From a candidate division WS6 bacterium OLB20 (lineage in GTDB: Bacteria; Patescibacteriota; Dojkabacteria; B142; OLB20), in NCBI GenBank assembly GCA_001567355.1, contig JYNZ01000005.1:67981-131980 (forward strand): 64,000 nucleotides of DNA. The letters run 5' to 3'. Positions within the stretch are counted from its first letter, which is position 1, and every line of letters starts with the position of its first letter. Both the position numbers and the translations under genes were made by a program. Positions 20,201 to 28,861 of this stretch are shown here, one piece after another. The notes beneath the pieces are model-generated. The model did not search any database, had not been told where the DNA came from, and worked only from the letters and a program-made list of their open reading frames with translations.

Positions 20201-21060
20201 TTCCACCCGTACCACCCAGTGCCGACAGACTGCCCGAACCAGATATACTCGAGGCATCCAGATGAATACTCCCGCCGCTGCCGCCACCTCCGGCTCCGGA
20301 CTCGTTTCCGCTTGCAATAGAATAATTCCCGCCATTGCCGCCGTTTACGGTGATCTGACCATCTACTACGATTGTATTGGCATTAATTTGGACTGCTCCA
20401 CCGCCTGCTCCACCCCCTGCTCCCGGGCAGACACCAGAATCGCTATCCGCACCACCGCCACCACCACCAGATCCGCCGACTAACGTGTCCAGTCCGACAT
20501 CTCCATACCGCGTCCCCCCCATTTCCATCGGTTCTGGAATTTGCTCGTCCTCCTCCTCCAGTCGTCGCATATCCACCACCTCCTCCTCCCGATGAGATAT
20601 CACCTATTGAGCCCCATTCCGCAATTCTCCCGCCATAACCTCCGCCTGTTCCCTGTCCAATTCCACCTTCGCCATGCGTGGTAGCACCATTCCCTCCGTT
20701 TCCGCCGCCAGCAATACCCAATCCACCGGCATTTCCCGAGCATGATGCGGAATTTGAACCATTGCTGCCATTTAGAGAGAGCGTTCCATCAATTGTTACT
20801 GTGCCAGTAACATTGAGAATAAGTGGATTAGAACCTGTAGCGGTCAGGGTAGCACCAGAGGCAACGGTGATGTTGTCATAATAAAACCCGGAAGGATTAG
20901 CATCTGTATCAAGCACTGTTGTGCCCGAAGGGACATTGAGATTTGCTGCCTGACTTCGGCTTGCACCAAAAAACAATGCGACAACAAATATCAGCAGTAT
21001 TATGGCAGTTCGCTCTCGTCGGTTCATGACGGACTTGTTAGCTAACCTACGCCGGATCAC
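17253..21060 (-). CDS. Large secreted Gly-rich repeat protein of about 1270 aa (predicted beta-helix-like), interrupted by a 1-nt frameshift in a C7/G7 homopolymer at 20514..20520
   Basis: The N-terminal part (20443..21060) has a signal peptide. The main ORF (17253..20603) is in the -1 frame. Removing one G restores …RTDGNGGTRYGDVGLDTLVGG…, which aligns with internal repeat 2 (…GGGTYGDAELTVLIGG…). There are three similar modules (GGxGGG…INAN…GGNG…GAGGGGSGG…GGTGG…THGG). Confidence 0.6.
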
Positions 21061-21189
21061 TGCCTGCGCAGTAAAGTCAAAAGTACAACCGGGACTTGCC
21101 CGATCAGTTTAAATATACATTATTACTGCTTGCATTAGAAGGATTATGACACCTCTGCGTGTGTCCGACCCTCCAGAATAGTTTTCACT

Positions 21190-21456
21190 ATGCTCGAAGC
21201 TGTAAGGTGGCTAGAGGATCATGGTAGATCTCGTAAAGCCCTCTCTTGCGGTATTAAGGAGAATCTAATACAACAATATCATGAATTTCGAATTTCAATT
21301 ACTTCGGAGAGAGGTCGGGGTTACAAGCATGAGAATCAAATACTAGCGGCCGGGGTTATACCGGATGAAGACTCGCAGGACTATCCCCCTATTGATGTCC
21401 CCACATTCGTTGCTGCGGACCGATCGTATTATTTTGATATCGGTGTAAAAGGTTAA
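21190..21456 (+). CDS. Hypothetical small protein
   Basis: ORF only, sitting in a 570-nt gap with low coding signal. Confidence 0.2.
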   Translation: MLEAVRWLEDHGRSRKALSCGIKENLIQQYHEFRISITSERGRGYKHENQILAAGVIPDEDSQDYPPIDVPTFVAADRSYYFDIGVKG

Positions 21457-21630
21457 CCTGACAAGATGATCGGATCTACCAGGACGGTTGGTCCAAACTA
21501 GCCCGAAGCATTTGCTTCCGATTCTTTCAGGCTCTGAAGATTATAGGTTGATTTCCTTACCATTAGTATGTAAACCAGATTCTTGGTATCATGATGGCCG
21601 ATATATTGATTAATCAAGCTAATCAGAGAG

Positions 21631-23076
21631 ATGTCCAAACAAGATACTGTCGTCCGTTTTGAAAATGTTTCATTCAAATATGGTGAAGAGAAAGTCATCC
21701 TGAACGAAGTGAACTTTAACGTACGCAGGCATTCAAAAATTACAATCATGGGTCAGAATGGTGCGGGAAAAAGTACCATTTTTAAACTTCTTATGGGCAA
21801 ACTGAAGCCGCAATCCGGCAAAATCCATATTGATCAGTCTGCTACCGTGGCTATTGCAGAGCAGGTTGTTCCCGAAGAGATGATGGACCTCACCCTGCTT
21901 GAGTACTTCAAAACCGCATTTGCTGAAGAAAACTACAAGATTGAAAAAGACATCGCGAATGTCTTTGAGATAGTGAATCTGGATCTGCCACTGGATAAAA
22001 ACGTACGGGACCTATCCGGAGGACAGAAAGCCAGGCTCCTGCTTGCTTACGCACTGATCCAGGAGCCGGATATCCTGCTGCTTGATGAGCCCACCAATAA
22101 TCTTGATAAAGAAGGTATCGAGCATCTGACTAATTTCCTGACTTACTACTGGAACACCTGTATTGTTATCTCGCACGACGCTGATTTCCTCAATGCATTT
22201 ACCGATGGTGTTTTAAATGTGGACGTATACACCAAGAAGGTTGAACAGTTTGTAGGAAATTACTTTGATGTGATCGACCAGATCAGCGCGCACATCGAGC
22301 GGCAGAGGTTACAGAACGCCCGGATCACAAAATCGATCAAGGACAGATTTGAAAAGGTCAATAAACTTGGTGGTAAAAGTGTTGCAATGCGCCGCCTGGC
22401 AAACAAGGTCCGCAAGGATATCGAAGAGGATCGCGAGAATATGGTGGAGATTCGCCGCGACGACAGAACGATTCCTGAGTTTGTAATCCCCTATCAGCAT
22501 TTGAGTAACCCGCTTGTAACAATCAAAGAGGTGACGTTTTTGCGCGATGGCAAAGTGCAATCCCGCAACGTAGACAAGGTAATGGGACGTGGAAGCAGAA
22601 TGATCATCTCCGGTCCCAACGGTATAGGAAAAAGCACACTGCTGAAGTCATTCCTGGACGGGAAAGGAGTAGAATTTCAAGAGGATCTGCGGATTGGCTA
22701 CTACAGCCAGGATTTTTCGGAGCTGGATTTTGACCAGACAGGCATTGAATCACTGCAGAGTGTGGCACACGACACCGATCGCCAGGAGCTCTTCTCTATC
22801 GCCGGCAGTTTTCTGCTACCGGGTGAACTGCTGCAAAATAAAGTGCGTTCACTTTCAGAAGGTCAGAAAGGTCTGCTCTGCTATGCACGCTTTGTTGCTC
22901 AAAAACCCGGTCTGCTGATCATGGACGAACCTACAAATCACATCAATTTCCGCCACCTGCCGGTTATCGCAAAAGCTGTTTCGGAGTTTAAGGGCGCACT
23001 GATCCTCATCAGTCATATCCCTGAGTTCATTGAGCAGATTGGTGATGCAGATGAGATCGATCTGACTAGTTTGTAG
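21631..23076 (+). CDS. ABC-F family ATPase (two fused NBDs, no TMD)
   Basis: Two Walker A motifs (GQNGAGKST, GPNGIGKST) and two signature motifs (LSGGQKARL, LSEGQKGLL). Confidence 0.85.
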   Translation: MSKQDTVVRFENVSFKYGEEKVILNEVNFNVRRHSKITIMGQNGAGKSTIFKLLMGKLKPQSGKIHIDQSATVAIAEQVVPEEMMDLTLLEYFKTAFAEENYKIEKDIANVFEIVNLDLPLDKNVRDLSGGQKARLLLAYALIQEPDILLLDEPTNNLDKEGIEHLTNFLTYYWNTCIVISHDADFLNAFTDGVLNVDVYTKKVEQFVGNYFDVIDQISAHIERQRLQNARITKSIKDRFEKVNKLGGKSVAMRRLANKVRKDIEEDRENMVEIRRDDRTIPEFVIPYQHLSNPLVTIKEVTFLRDGKVQSRNVDKVMGRGSRMIISGPNGIGKSTLLKSFLDGKGVEFQEDLRIGYYSQDFSELDFDQTGIESLQSVAHDTDRQELFSIAGSFLLPGELLQNKVRSLSEGQKGLLCYARFVAQKPGLLIMDEPTNHINFRHLPVIAKAVSEFKGALILISHIPEFIEQIGDADEIDLTSL

Positions 23077-23096
23077 GTTCGTGCTGATTATGAAGA

Positions 23097-23174
23097 TGGG
23101 GTGGCAGGTGGGACTTGAACCCACGGCCCCCGGTGCCACAAACCGGTGCTCTAACCAACTGAGCTACAGCCACC
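23097..23174 (-). tRNA. tRNA-His (anticodon GTG) with an encoded G-1 and an encoded 3'-CCA
   Basis: Minus-strand cloverleaf with D-arm GCTCAGTTGGTTAGAGC, anticodon loop TTGTGGC, T-arm GTGGGTTCAAGTCCCAC, discriminator C and then CCA. An extra 5' G is typical of bacterial tRNA-His. There is one U-U mismatch in the acceptor stem. Confidence 0.85.
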
Positions 23175-23221
23175 ACAAGCGTTAGTAATTATACCAGACA
23201 GGAACATTCCTTGGCTAAGGG

Positions 23222-24364
23222 TTATCCGAACTGCAGCCACTCCGGCCTGAATATCAGCAGGAGACCGATCAGTGCCATAAGCACACCACCGATAAGCCTC
23301 GACAGCCTGCCGTATTTGCTGTCAATGCCCACTATCCTGAATGTAAATACTGCCATCAGAAAGATGACCAGGTCATCGATCATAAAGAAGAGGATGTAGA
23401 TCATCATCAGGCCATAGTATTCCCAGACCTGCAGCTGATTGAGACTGAGCACGTGTGTAAATATTGCAGGCAGTCCCGCAGAACACATCAACTCGATAAG
23501 ATTGACTGATAAAGCAAGAAGAATGATGCCCGCTGCAGCTAGTAAAAGATTTGACGAGTGCACTGCCCGTTTAGCACGTTCAAACACGCGTGAACGTTTT
23601 GCTTTATCCCCCTTTTCACATCCACCTTTTCGCTTGTTCCACCATTCGCGCAGATTGTAGTATGCTGCACCAAGTGCAGCTGCACCAACAAGATACCGTA
23701 TCAGAGGGATAAACCCGAGGATCACAAACAGATTGAACCATGCTGTCATAAACAGAAAGTACACGACTCCTGAGGTAAGGATAAAAAGCGAACCCAGCAG
23801 GATCAGCTTTTTACGGTCTTCTGTTCCGATAAGCAGACTGATTAAAAATAGCAGCGCCCAGAGAGCACAGGGATTAAAGCCGTCAACAATGCCAAGGACG
23901 ACTGCAAGCAGCGGAAGCGATACTGACCTGGGATCAACCTCGTTAAGCAGCGGCACGTTTACGGTCTCTTCGTCATCCGGATAACTTCCGGGCTCACTGT
24001 CAAGCTGTCCAAGCGCGATCGATCTGATATACGCACCGGTAGTTTCGTCACTGTTATATCCGATCACATACTCATCACCGATGAAGACCAGGGGGACACC
24101 AAAATCAGTAATGCCGCTCTCGTTTACCCGCTCAAGCATCCTGCCGTAGTTGTCTGGATTGCGATATACCTCAAACATGACAAGGTCTATACGCTCGTCA
24201 GATTCTGCAAGCTGCTCAAGAAATGGTTTGGCTTTCGCGCAATGCGGACAGCCTTCTCCCCAGTAGAGCTCAAGTGTTACCTGATCAGATGCACTGACGA
24301 AACCGGCAGAGACCAGAAAAACAGCTGCAGTAAGCAGCAGCAGGAGTATTCTTACTGGTTTCAT
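23222..24364 (-). CDS. Thioredoxin-domain / DsbD(CcdA)-type membrane thiol-disulfide transporter fusion
   Basis: Signal peptide, then a Trx-like domain with a CPHC motif, then an 8-TM core with GFNPCALWAL and LMCSAGLP Cys motifs (DsbD-beta/CcdA signature). Confidence 0.75.
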   Translation of the reverse strand: MKPVRILLLLLTAAVFLVSAGFVSASDQVTLELYWGEGCPHCAKAKPFLEQLAESDERIDLVMFEVYRNPDNYGRMLERVNESGITDFGVPLVFIGDEYVIGYNSDETTGAYIRSIALGQLDSEPGSYPDDEETVNVPLLNEVDPRSVSLPLLAVVLGIVDGFNPCALWALLFLISLLIGTEDRKKLILLGSLFILTSGVVYFLFMTAWFNLFVILGFIPLIRYLVGAAALGAAYYNLREWWNKRKGGCEKGDKAKRSRVFERAKRAVHSSNLLLAAAGIILLALSVNLIELMCSAGLPAIFTHVLSLNQLQVWEYYGLMMIYILFFMIDDLVIFLMAVFTFRIVGIDSKYGRLSRLIGGVLMALIGLLLIFRPEWLQFG

Positions 24365-24365
24365 A

Positions 24366-24638
24366 CTATTTATCCCTATATGATGCGATCAGAGCAAGGA
24401 TCTCGTTCTTGGACGGCTCACCTGTCAGGCGTGCAAGTTCAGTACCGTCACTGCCGATGAAGATAAACACCGGCATCACATCCTCCTCTATTCCATATTT
24501 ATCGATCAGTTCAGGATGATCATCATACTCAAAATACTTTGTTTCAAGCCATGGATTTTCCGCTTCTATTTCCTTCCAGCGGGGACGCATTACGTTGCAG
24601 GAGTTGCACCATACGGCGCCAATTTTAAATACGGTCAT
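24366..24638 (-). CDS. Small thioredoxin-like protein (WCNSC active site)
   Basis: 90 aa Trx fold with a CxxC motif. It is translationally coupled to the downstream DsbD-fusion gene. Confidence 0.6.
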   Translation of the reverse strand: MTVFKIGAVWCNSCNVMRPRWKEIEAENPWLETKYFEYDDHPELIDKYGIEEDVMPVFIFIGSDGTELARLTGEPSKNEILALIASYRDK

Positions 24639-24661
24639 ATCAGTGAACTAACAACTAAACG

Positions 24662-24940
24662 CTAGGTCTTTTCGATTACCAGTGCTTTCCCGCTGGCTAG
24701 TGCATGTACTGTCTTTTTTAAGCCGCGGGACAGAATTCTGCTGAGTGTCGGCTGGGATATATGCATCAAACCGGCAGCTTCGGTCTGACTGTGACCGTGC
24801 TCATATACATGCAGCATCGCTACGTATTCCTCGTGGTCAAGCAGGACTTCCTCAAGCTGGTCCAGCTCTACACCTCGCGGGTCATAATGAGTCGCATCCG
24901 GTTGACAGCATAAATTCCGCTGTTTTTTCGGTCGGGCCAT
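24662..24940 (-). CDS. DUF134 / UPF0251 family predicted DNA-binding protein
   Basis: The N-terminus MARPKKQRNLCCQPDATHYDPRG matches the DUF134 signature (MPRPRKCR…F.P.....KPRG). It has a C-terminal sigma-70 region-4-like HTH. Confidence 0.65.
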   Translation of the reverse strand: MARPKKQRNLCCQPDATHYDPRGVELDQLEEVLLDHEEYVAMLHVYEHGHSQTEAAGLMHISQPTLSRILSRGLKKTVHALASGKALVIEKT

Positions 24941-25055
24941 AGTTATGAATAATTATTCACAACCAATATTATACCTGCATCCGTCCGAATACAAGTTGAC
25001 AAAAACAGTCAGCTGGCTGCTGTTACGTTTTTCCGCTACGGCGTATACTCATCTC

Positions 25056-25610
25056 ATGGAGTTACATAATGCATTACCAGAGCTCGAAGAGATTGCACTG
25101 CCTGTGCATCCTGACGAGCTACCGCACCGGTTGAGTCCCGAACAGCTTATGCGTCAGTTCAGATTGAGGCAGTTACGCAAGACCATGACTGCTGTCTTTG
25201 GCGGCATTAATGGAGGCTCAGCAGGAAAATGGACAGCATCGCGCGGGTACGGGCTGCAGCAGACGGATTACATCATCGGCAGAAACTTTACGCTCAGACA
25301 TACCAGCGACACACCTGATGGTGAGGAATACTGGATACAGCAATATGACTTTGACGGCAATTATGGAATGGAGGCGTTTTATGACTTCAAGAGAATAAAA
25401 GGGACAGAACAGAATCTCCCCAACCTGCGTGGACCATTTGCCGCGCATTGCGATCCGCGTCAGGCCAACTATGATTATGAAGTCAGACGGTTCAGAAATA
25501 ATCTTGTTCTGATGAACGGCAGCGTCCTGCAGTTGCAGCCGATGACAGCTGAAAAGATTGCGCGTCTTACCTCATGGCTGAAAGCAGAAAATCCGCGGAT
25601 AACGACCTAG
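25056..25610 (+). CDS. Hypothetical protein; start is uncertain
   Basis: The longest ORF starts at 24945, only 4 nt from the divergent DUF134 start, which is implausible. I have moved it to the internal Met (MELHNALPELEE), which is preceded by a TATACT box. Confidence 0.35.
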   Translation: MELHNALPELEEIALPVHPDELPHRLSPEQLMRQFRLRQLRKTMTAVFGGINGGSAGKWTASRGYGLQQTDYIIGRNFTLRHTSDTPDGEEYWIQQYDFDGNYGMEAFYDFKRIKGTEQNLPNLRGPFAAHCDPRQANYDYEVRRFRNNLVLMNGSVLQLQPMTAEKIARLTSWLKAENPRITT

Positions 25611-25825
25611 ACTGCCTGATTTACTGAATCAAGCCAGTTTTCAACAATCTGACCAGCCTGCTCGGGATACGTTCTCACTTGTGCGGCGGCATAGTATGAT
25701 GAATGCGCAATATTTTCTGTTACTGCATGAAATCCTCTTTTCAGTACCTGACCTGCCACACTAATCATTGCCGATAATCTACCTTCCTGTTGTGGCTTCT
25801 CATGCTGCGGTTGTAGCTCAGTCAT
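25607..25825 (-). CDS. Hypothetical small protein
   Basis: ORF only. Confidence 0.25.
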   Translation of the reverse strand: MTELQPQHEKPQQEGRLSAMISVAGQVLKRGFHAVTENIAHSSYYAAAQVRTYPEQAGQIVENWLDSVNQAV

Positions 25826-25854
25826 GTTGTTAGTTACTGTAAAATAAACAGCAG

Positions 25855-27339
25855 TCAGGATTTTGTATCCTGCGGAGTTTGAGAATCAGCATCTGTAGCG
25901 GACTGATTGTCTTCATCCTTTTCCTGTTCTTTTTCGAGTTGCATCTTTAGTTCCTTCATTTTCAGTTCGCGACCGATCATTGTCTGGGTCAACTCCTCCA
26001 GCTCTCCGACCTTATCCGCCAGCTCTTTTTCAACTTTCTTTTGTGCAGAAATATCGGCGATTATTCCTCGAGCTCCGACAATCACGCCATTTACCTCAAT
26101 CGGTGCAGAAAACAGGATTACCGGAAACTCTGTTCCGTCTTTTTTACGTGCGGTCAACTGACGGTTTTCAATGCGTGCGCTTGCCGGAGTCTGCCTGGCC
26201 ACTTCTTTACTCGCCTCATCGGCAAACAGATCACACAGTTTATGACCATCCAGCAGCTCCTCTTTTGTGTACCCGAACAATGGTTCTATGTAATCATTTA
26301 CGTAGGTCAGATAACATTCATTATCCGCCTCAAAGATAGTCTGCGGGAGAAGGTCTGAAAGTTCCTGATACCGTGTCTCTGATTCCTTTAGCTTGGAACT
26401 TGTCTTCTCTGCCTGAGCCTGCATGGATAATCCATACCTGCGTGCGACCATAATATAGATCAGCGCAATCACGATCAGAATAACTGAGGCGATCGCCAGC
26501 GGGCGGATCCAGTCCGGCTCGACCTCAACCTGTTGAATATTGAGGCGTAATTCATCGATAATTGACTCGTAATAAACACTTTCCGGATCGCTCTTTAGCG
26601 AACGAATATGCTTGTCTATCGTCTCGATCATCACCGGTGTATCCTGGTCGTCTTTATTGAGGGCAAACTTCAGTTCAACGGGGTTAAAAACAAGACTTGT
26701 CTGCTCGACGTTATAATTTGACCCGATGAAGTCTCCGAACAGCCTGTTAACGACTGCAATATCTGCATCTCCACGTTCCACTGACTCTATTACGTCCTCA
26801 TATGACTGCAGCCGTAAATACTCGGCTTCCAGTTCAAACGCCTCCATAAGACTGCTGATACCCAACGGACCGGTGAAGTGGATATCCTCATCAAGTACAG
26901 CTATTCTTTTGTCGGCAAAGTCACCAAATGACTCAACTCTGGAACCAGGGCGGACGTAAACAGCTGCCCAATTAATAAAGGCTGTCTCAGAGGTAAACTC
27001 AAAACGCAGGGAGCGCTCTGCAGAGAAGGCGATATCAGTTATAATATCCACCTCGCCATTTTCGAGACGCGTCAGCCCTTCATCAAATGTTCCGGGAACA
27101 TATTCAATTATCCAGCCCTCCTGCCCGGCAATGTAATCAAGAAGCTCAGGCCAGAAGCCGACAACCTGTCCGGCGTCATCTGTGTATATTTTCGGGGGAT
27201 TTTCCGAGAGCGCTACCCTGACAATGGTCTGCTCCTCCTGTGCGCGAACGTCTGCTGCCAGTGATGGTGCTGCAAGCAGGGCAATAACTATGAAGATATG
27301 CAGAAACCTTTTCAAAAGAATTTCCTGTAATGCGGACAT
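25855..27339 (-). CDS. Membrane sensor: periplasmic solute-binding (SBP_bac_3-like) domain, TM, PAS domain, and a C-terminal coiled-coil tail; no kinase, cyclase or other output domain
   Basis: Signal peptide, then about 250 aa of SBP-like sequence, one TM, a PAS-like region (…TIFEADNECYLTYVNDYIEPLFGY…) and a charged coiled coil (…MIGRELKMKELKMQLEKEQEKDEDNQ…). Confidence 0.7.
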   Translation of the reverse strand: MSALQEILLKRFLHIFIVIALLAAPSLAADVRAQEEQTIVRVALSENPPKIYTDDAGQVVGFWPELLDYIAGQEGWIIEYVPGTFDEGLTRLENGEVDIITDIAFSAERSLRFEFTSETAFINWAAVYVRPGSRVESFGDFADKRIAVLDEDIHFTGPLGISSLMEAFELEAEYLRLQSYEDVIESVERGDADIAVVNRLFGDFIGSNYNVEQTSLVFNPVELKFALNKDDQDTPVMIETIDKHIRSLKSDPESVYYESIIDELRLNIQQVEVEPDWIRPLAIASVILIVIALIYIMVARRYGLSMQAQAEKTSSKLKESETRYQELSDLLPQTIFEADNECYLTYVNDYIEPLFGYTKEELLDGHKLCDLFADEASKEVARQTPASARIENRQLTARKKDGTEFPVILFSAPIEVNGVIVGARGIIADISAQKKVEKELADKVGELEELTQTMIGRELKMKELKMQLEKEQEKDEDNQSATDADSQTPQDTKS

Positions 27340-27411
27340 TTTAACCCAAGTTGCTTCAGATGAGAAGAAAGCTATAGCATGATAAACTTATGTTCATTCA
27401 CCATTGATACT

Positions 27412-27846
27412 ATGCAAAAAACCGACCGCAGTCCTGATGATTACATCAGCAGCCTTGATGAGGAACGCAAAAAGGATATGGCAATGCTGGATACGCTCAT
27501 CATGAAGCATGCACCAGCGGAGACAGAACGTGTTATGTGGGAGGGAGTGTTCTGGGGAGGCAGCGAGCAGTCAATTATCGGCTACGGCGAAATGAGTTAC
27601 CAGCGTTCCGACAGGCAGACTGTCAACTGGTTTTTACTGGGACTTGCCAGCCAGAAAAATTACATAACCGTGTTTGTGAACGTCGTCGAAGATAAAAAGT
27701 ACCTGACCGAAACGTACAAAGACAGACTTGGCAAGGCAAAGACAGGAAAGAGTTCAATCAGCTTCAAGTCGCCCGATGACATCAACATGTCTGTTCTGGA
27801 AGAGCTCATCGCACATGTTTTCAGACTAAATGCGGAGCAGGACTGA
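27412..27846 (+). CDS. DUF1801 (YdhG-like) domain protein
   Basis: Sequence pattern …ETERVMWEGVFWGGSEQSIIGYGEMSYQRSD…VFVNVVEDKKYL…. Confidence 0.5.
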   Translation: MQKTDRSPDDYISSLDEERKKDMAMLDTLIMKHAPAETERVMWEGVFWGGSEQSIIGYGEMSYQRSDRQTVNWFLLGLASQKNYITVFVNVVEDKKYLTETYKDRLGKAKTGKSSISFKSPDDINMSVLEELIAHVFRLNAEQD

Positions 27847-27928
27847 TTGCGCTTGTTCAAGAGACATGGCATACTGCGATATGAGGCATTATCGCTTTAT
27901 CGGTATCTCATGATACTAACGCACTGAT

Positions 27929-28807
27929 TTGAAACGACGAAATTATGCGACAGTCGGATTGATAGTTGTGCTGCTGGTCGTGGTAGCAGCTGCAATCTTC
28001 ATTGGAATATTTCTGAGCCAGGAACCAAGTGTCGCGCCGCAAAAGACTGACGCCCTCGTTGATTACAGCACCAGATATGGCAGCTGTTCCGGAAACTGCA
28101 ACAGCGGAGCCGAATGCAATGGCTACGGAAACCCACCGGCTGGCACAATGTTCTCCTGCTGGCTGCACAACGGTTCCTACGGTTGCTTTGCAGAAACAAC
28201 CAACTCCGGCGGCAGTCAGTGTTATCTCAGCTGTTCAAGCGGCTGGCAGCCCTGCGGCTGCGATATCGCTGCCTGTGAACAAAGCTGCAGAAATCAATAT
28301 GCCGGACAACCTGGCTATCATGAGTACACTGCGATCTGTGCAGGTTGTCAGCAGAAGTTTACCTGCAGCTGCAACATTACGGTAACCAATACACCAACAT
28401 ATACACCATCACCTACAACGCCGGTTACAAACACTCCGACAAATTCGCCAACGCCAACAAATTCGCCGACACCAACAAACACTCCGTCACAGACACCATC
28501 AAGCACACCAAGCAGTACGCCGACAGCAACCATAACAAACACGCCATCGCCAACACCATCTGTTACGACCACCATTGTTGAAACCCCTACACCGACGCCG
28601 ACAGCATCACCATCCGGCACGCTGCCACCGACAGCGCTGTTCAGCGACGAAACTGATCGCGCCCTTATCGGCCTGGTACTTATCATCGCAGGCATGACCT
28701 TCTACCTGCTGGGACTGCATAACTCCTTCGGTTTTCTTTATAAAACACGACCAGAACGCAAGGCGGAGTTTGAAGACCGGATAAACAGCTCAGGCAGTCC
28801 TGATTGA
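27929..28807 (+). CDS. Cys-rich secreted protein with a (T/S)P-repeat stalk and a C-terminal TM anchor
   Basis: An N-terminal signal anchor is followed by a 16-Cys domain. Then comes about 90 aa of TPTNSPTPTNSPTPTN low complexity. The protein ends in a C-terminal TM helix and a basic tail. Confidence 0.55.
   Translation: MKRRNYATVGLIVVLLVVVAAAIFIGIFLSQEPSVAPQKTDALVDYSTRYGSCSGNCNSGAECNGYGNPPAGTMFSCWLHNGSYGCFAETTNSGGSQCYLSCSSGWQPCGCDIAACEQSCRNQYAGQPGYHEYTAICAGCQQKFTCSCNITVTNTPTYTPSPTTPVTNTPTNSPTPTNSPTPTNTPSQTPSSTPSSTPTATITNTPSPTPSVTTTIVETPTPTPTASPSGTLPPTALFSDETDRALIGLVLIIAGMTFYLLGLHNSFGFLYKTRPERKAEFEDRINSSGSPD
28425..28500 (+). repeat. In-frame tandem nucleotide repeat encoding PTPTNSPTPTNSPTPTN
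   Basis: ccaacaaattcgccgac appears in about 3 tandem copies. Confidence 0.6.
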
Positions 28808-28861
28808 CATTCCGGCATTGAATGCACTAGTCTGTGAGTTAATTACAGACACATTCCCGCC

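Noticed and set aside
21061-21630. 570-nt low-coding gap searched for a structured RNA (tmRNA, SRP, RNase P, 6S)
   Set aside because: None of the conserved motifs (tmRNA GGGGCUGAUUCUGGAUUCGAC, SRP GGAAG/helix-8 loop, RNase P GNRA/P4) is present. Only a weak 88-aa ORF is found there.
28425-28500. Tandem nucleotide repeats considered as a possible CRISPR or mini-satellite
   Set aside because: They are in-frame and encode the TPTNSP stalk. There are no spacers of unique sequence and no cas genes.
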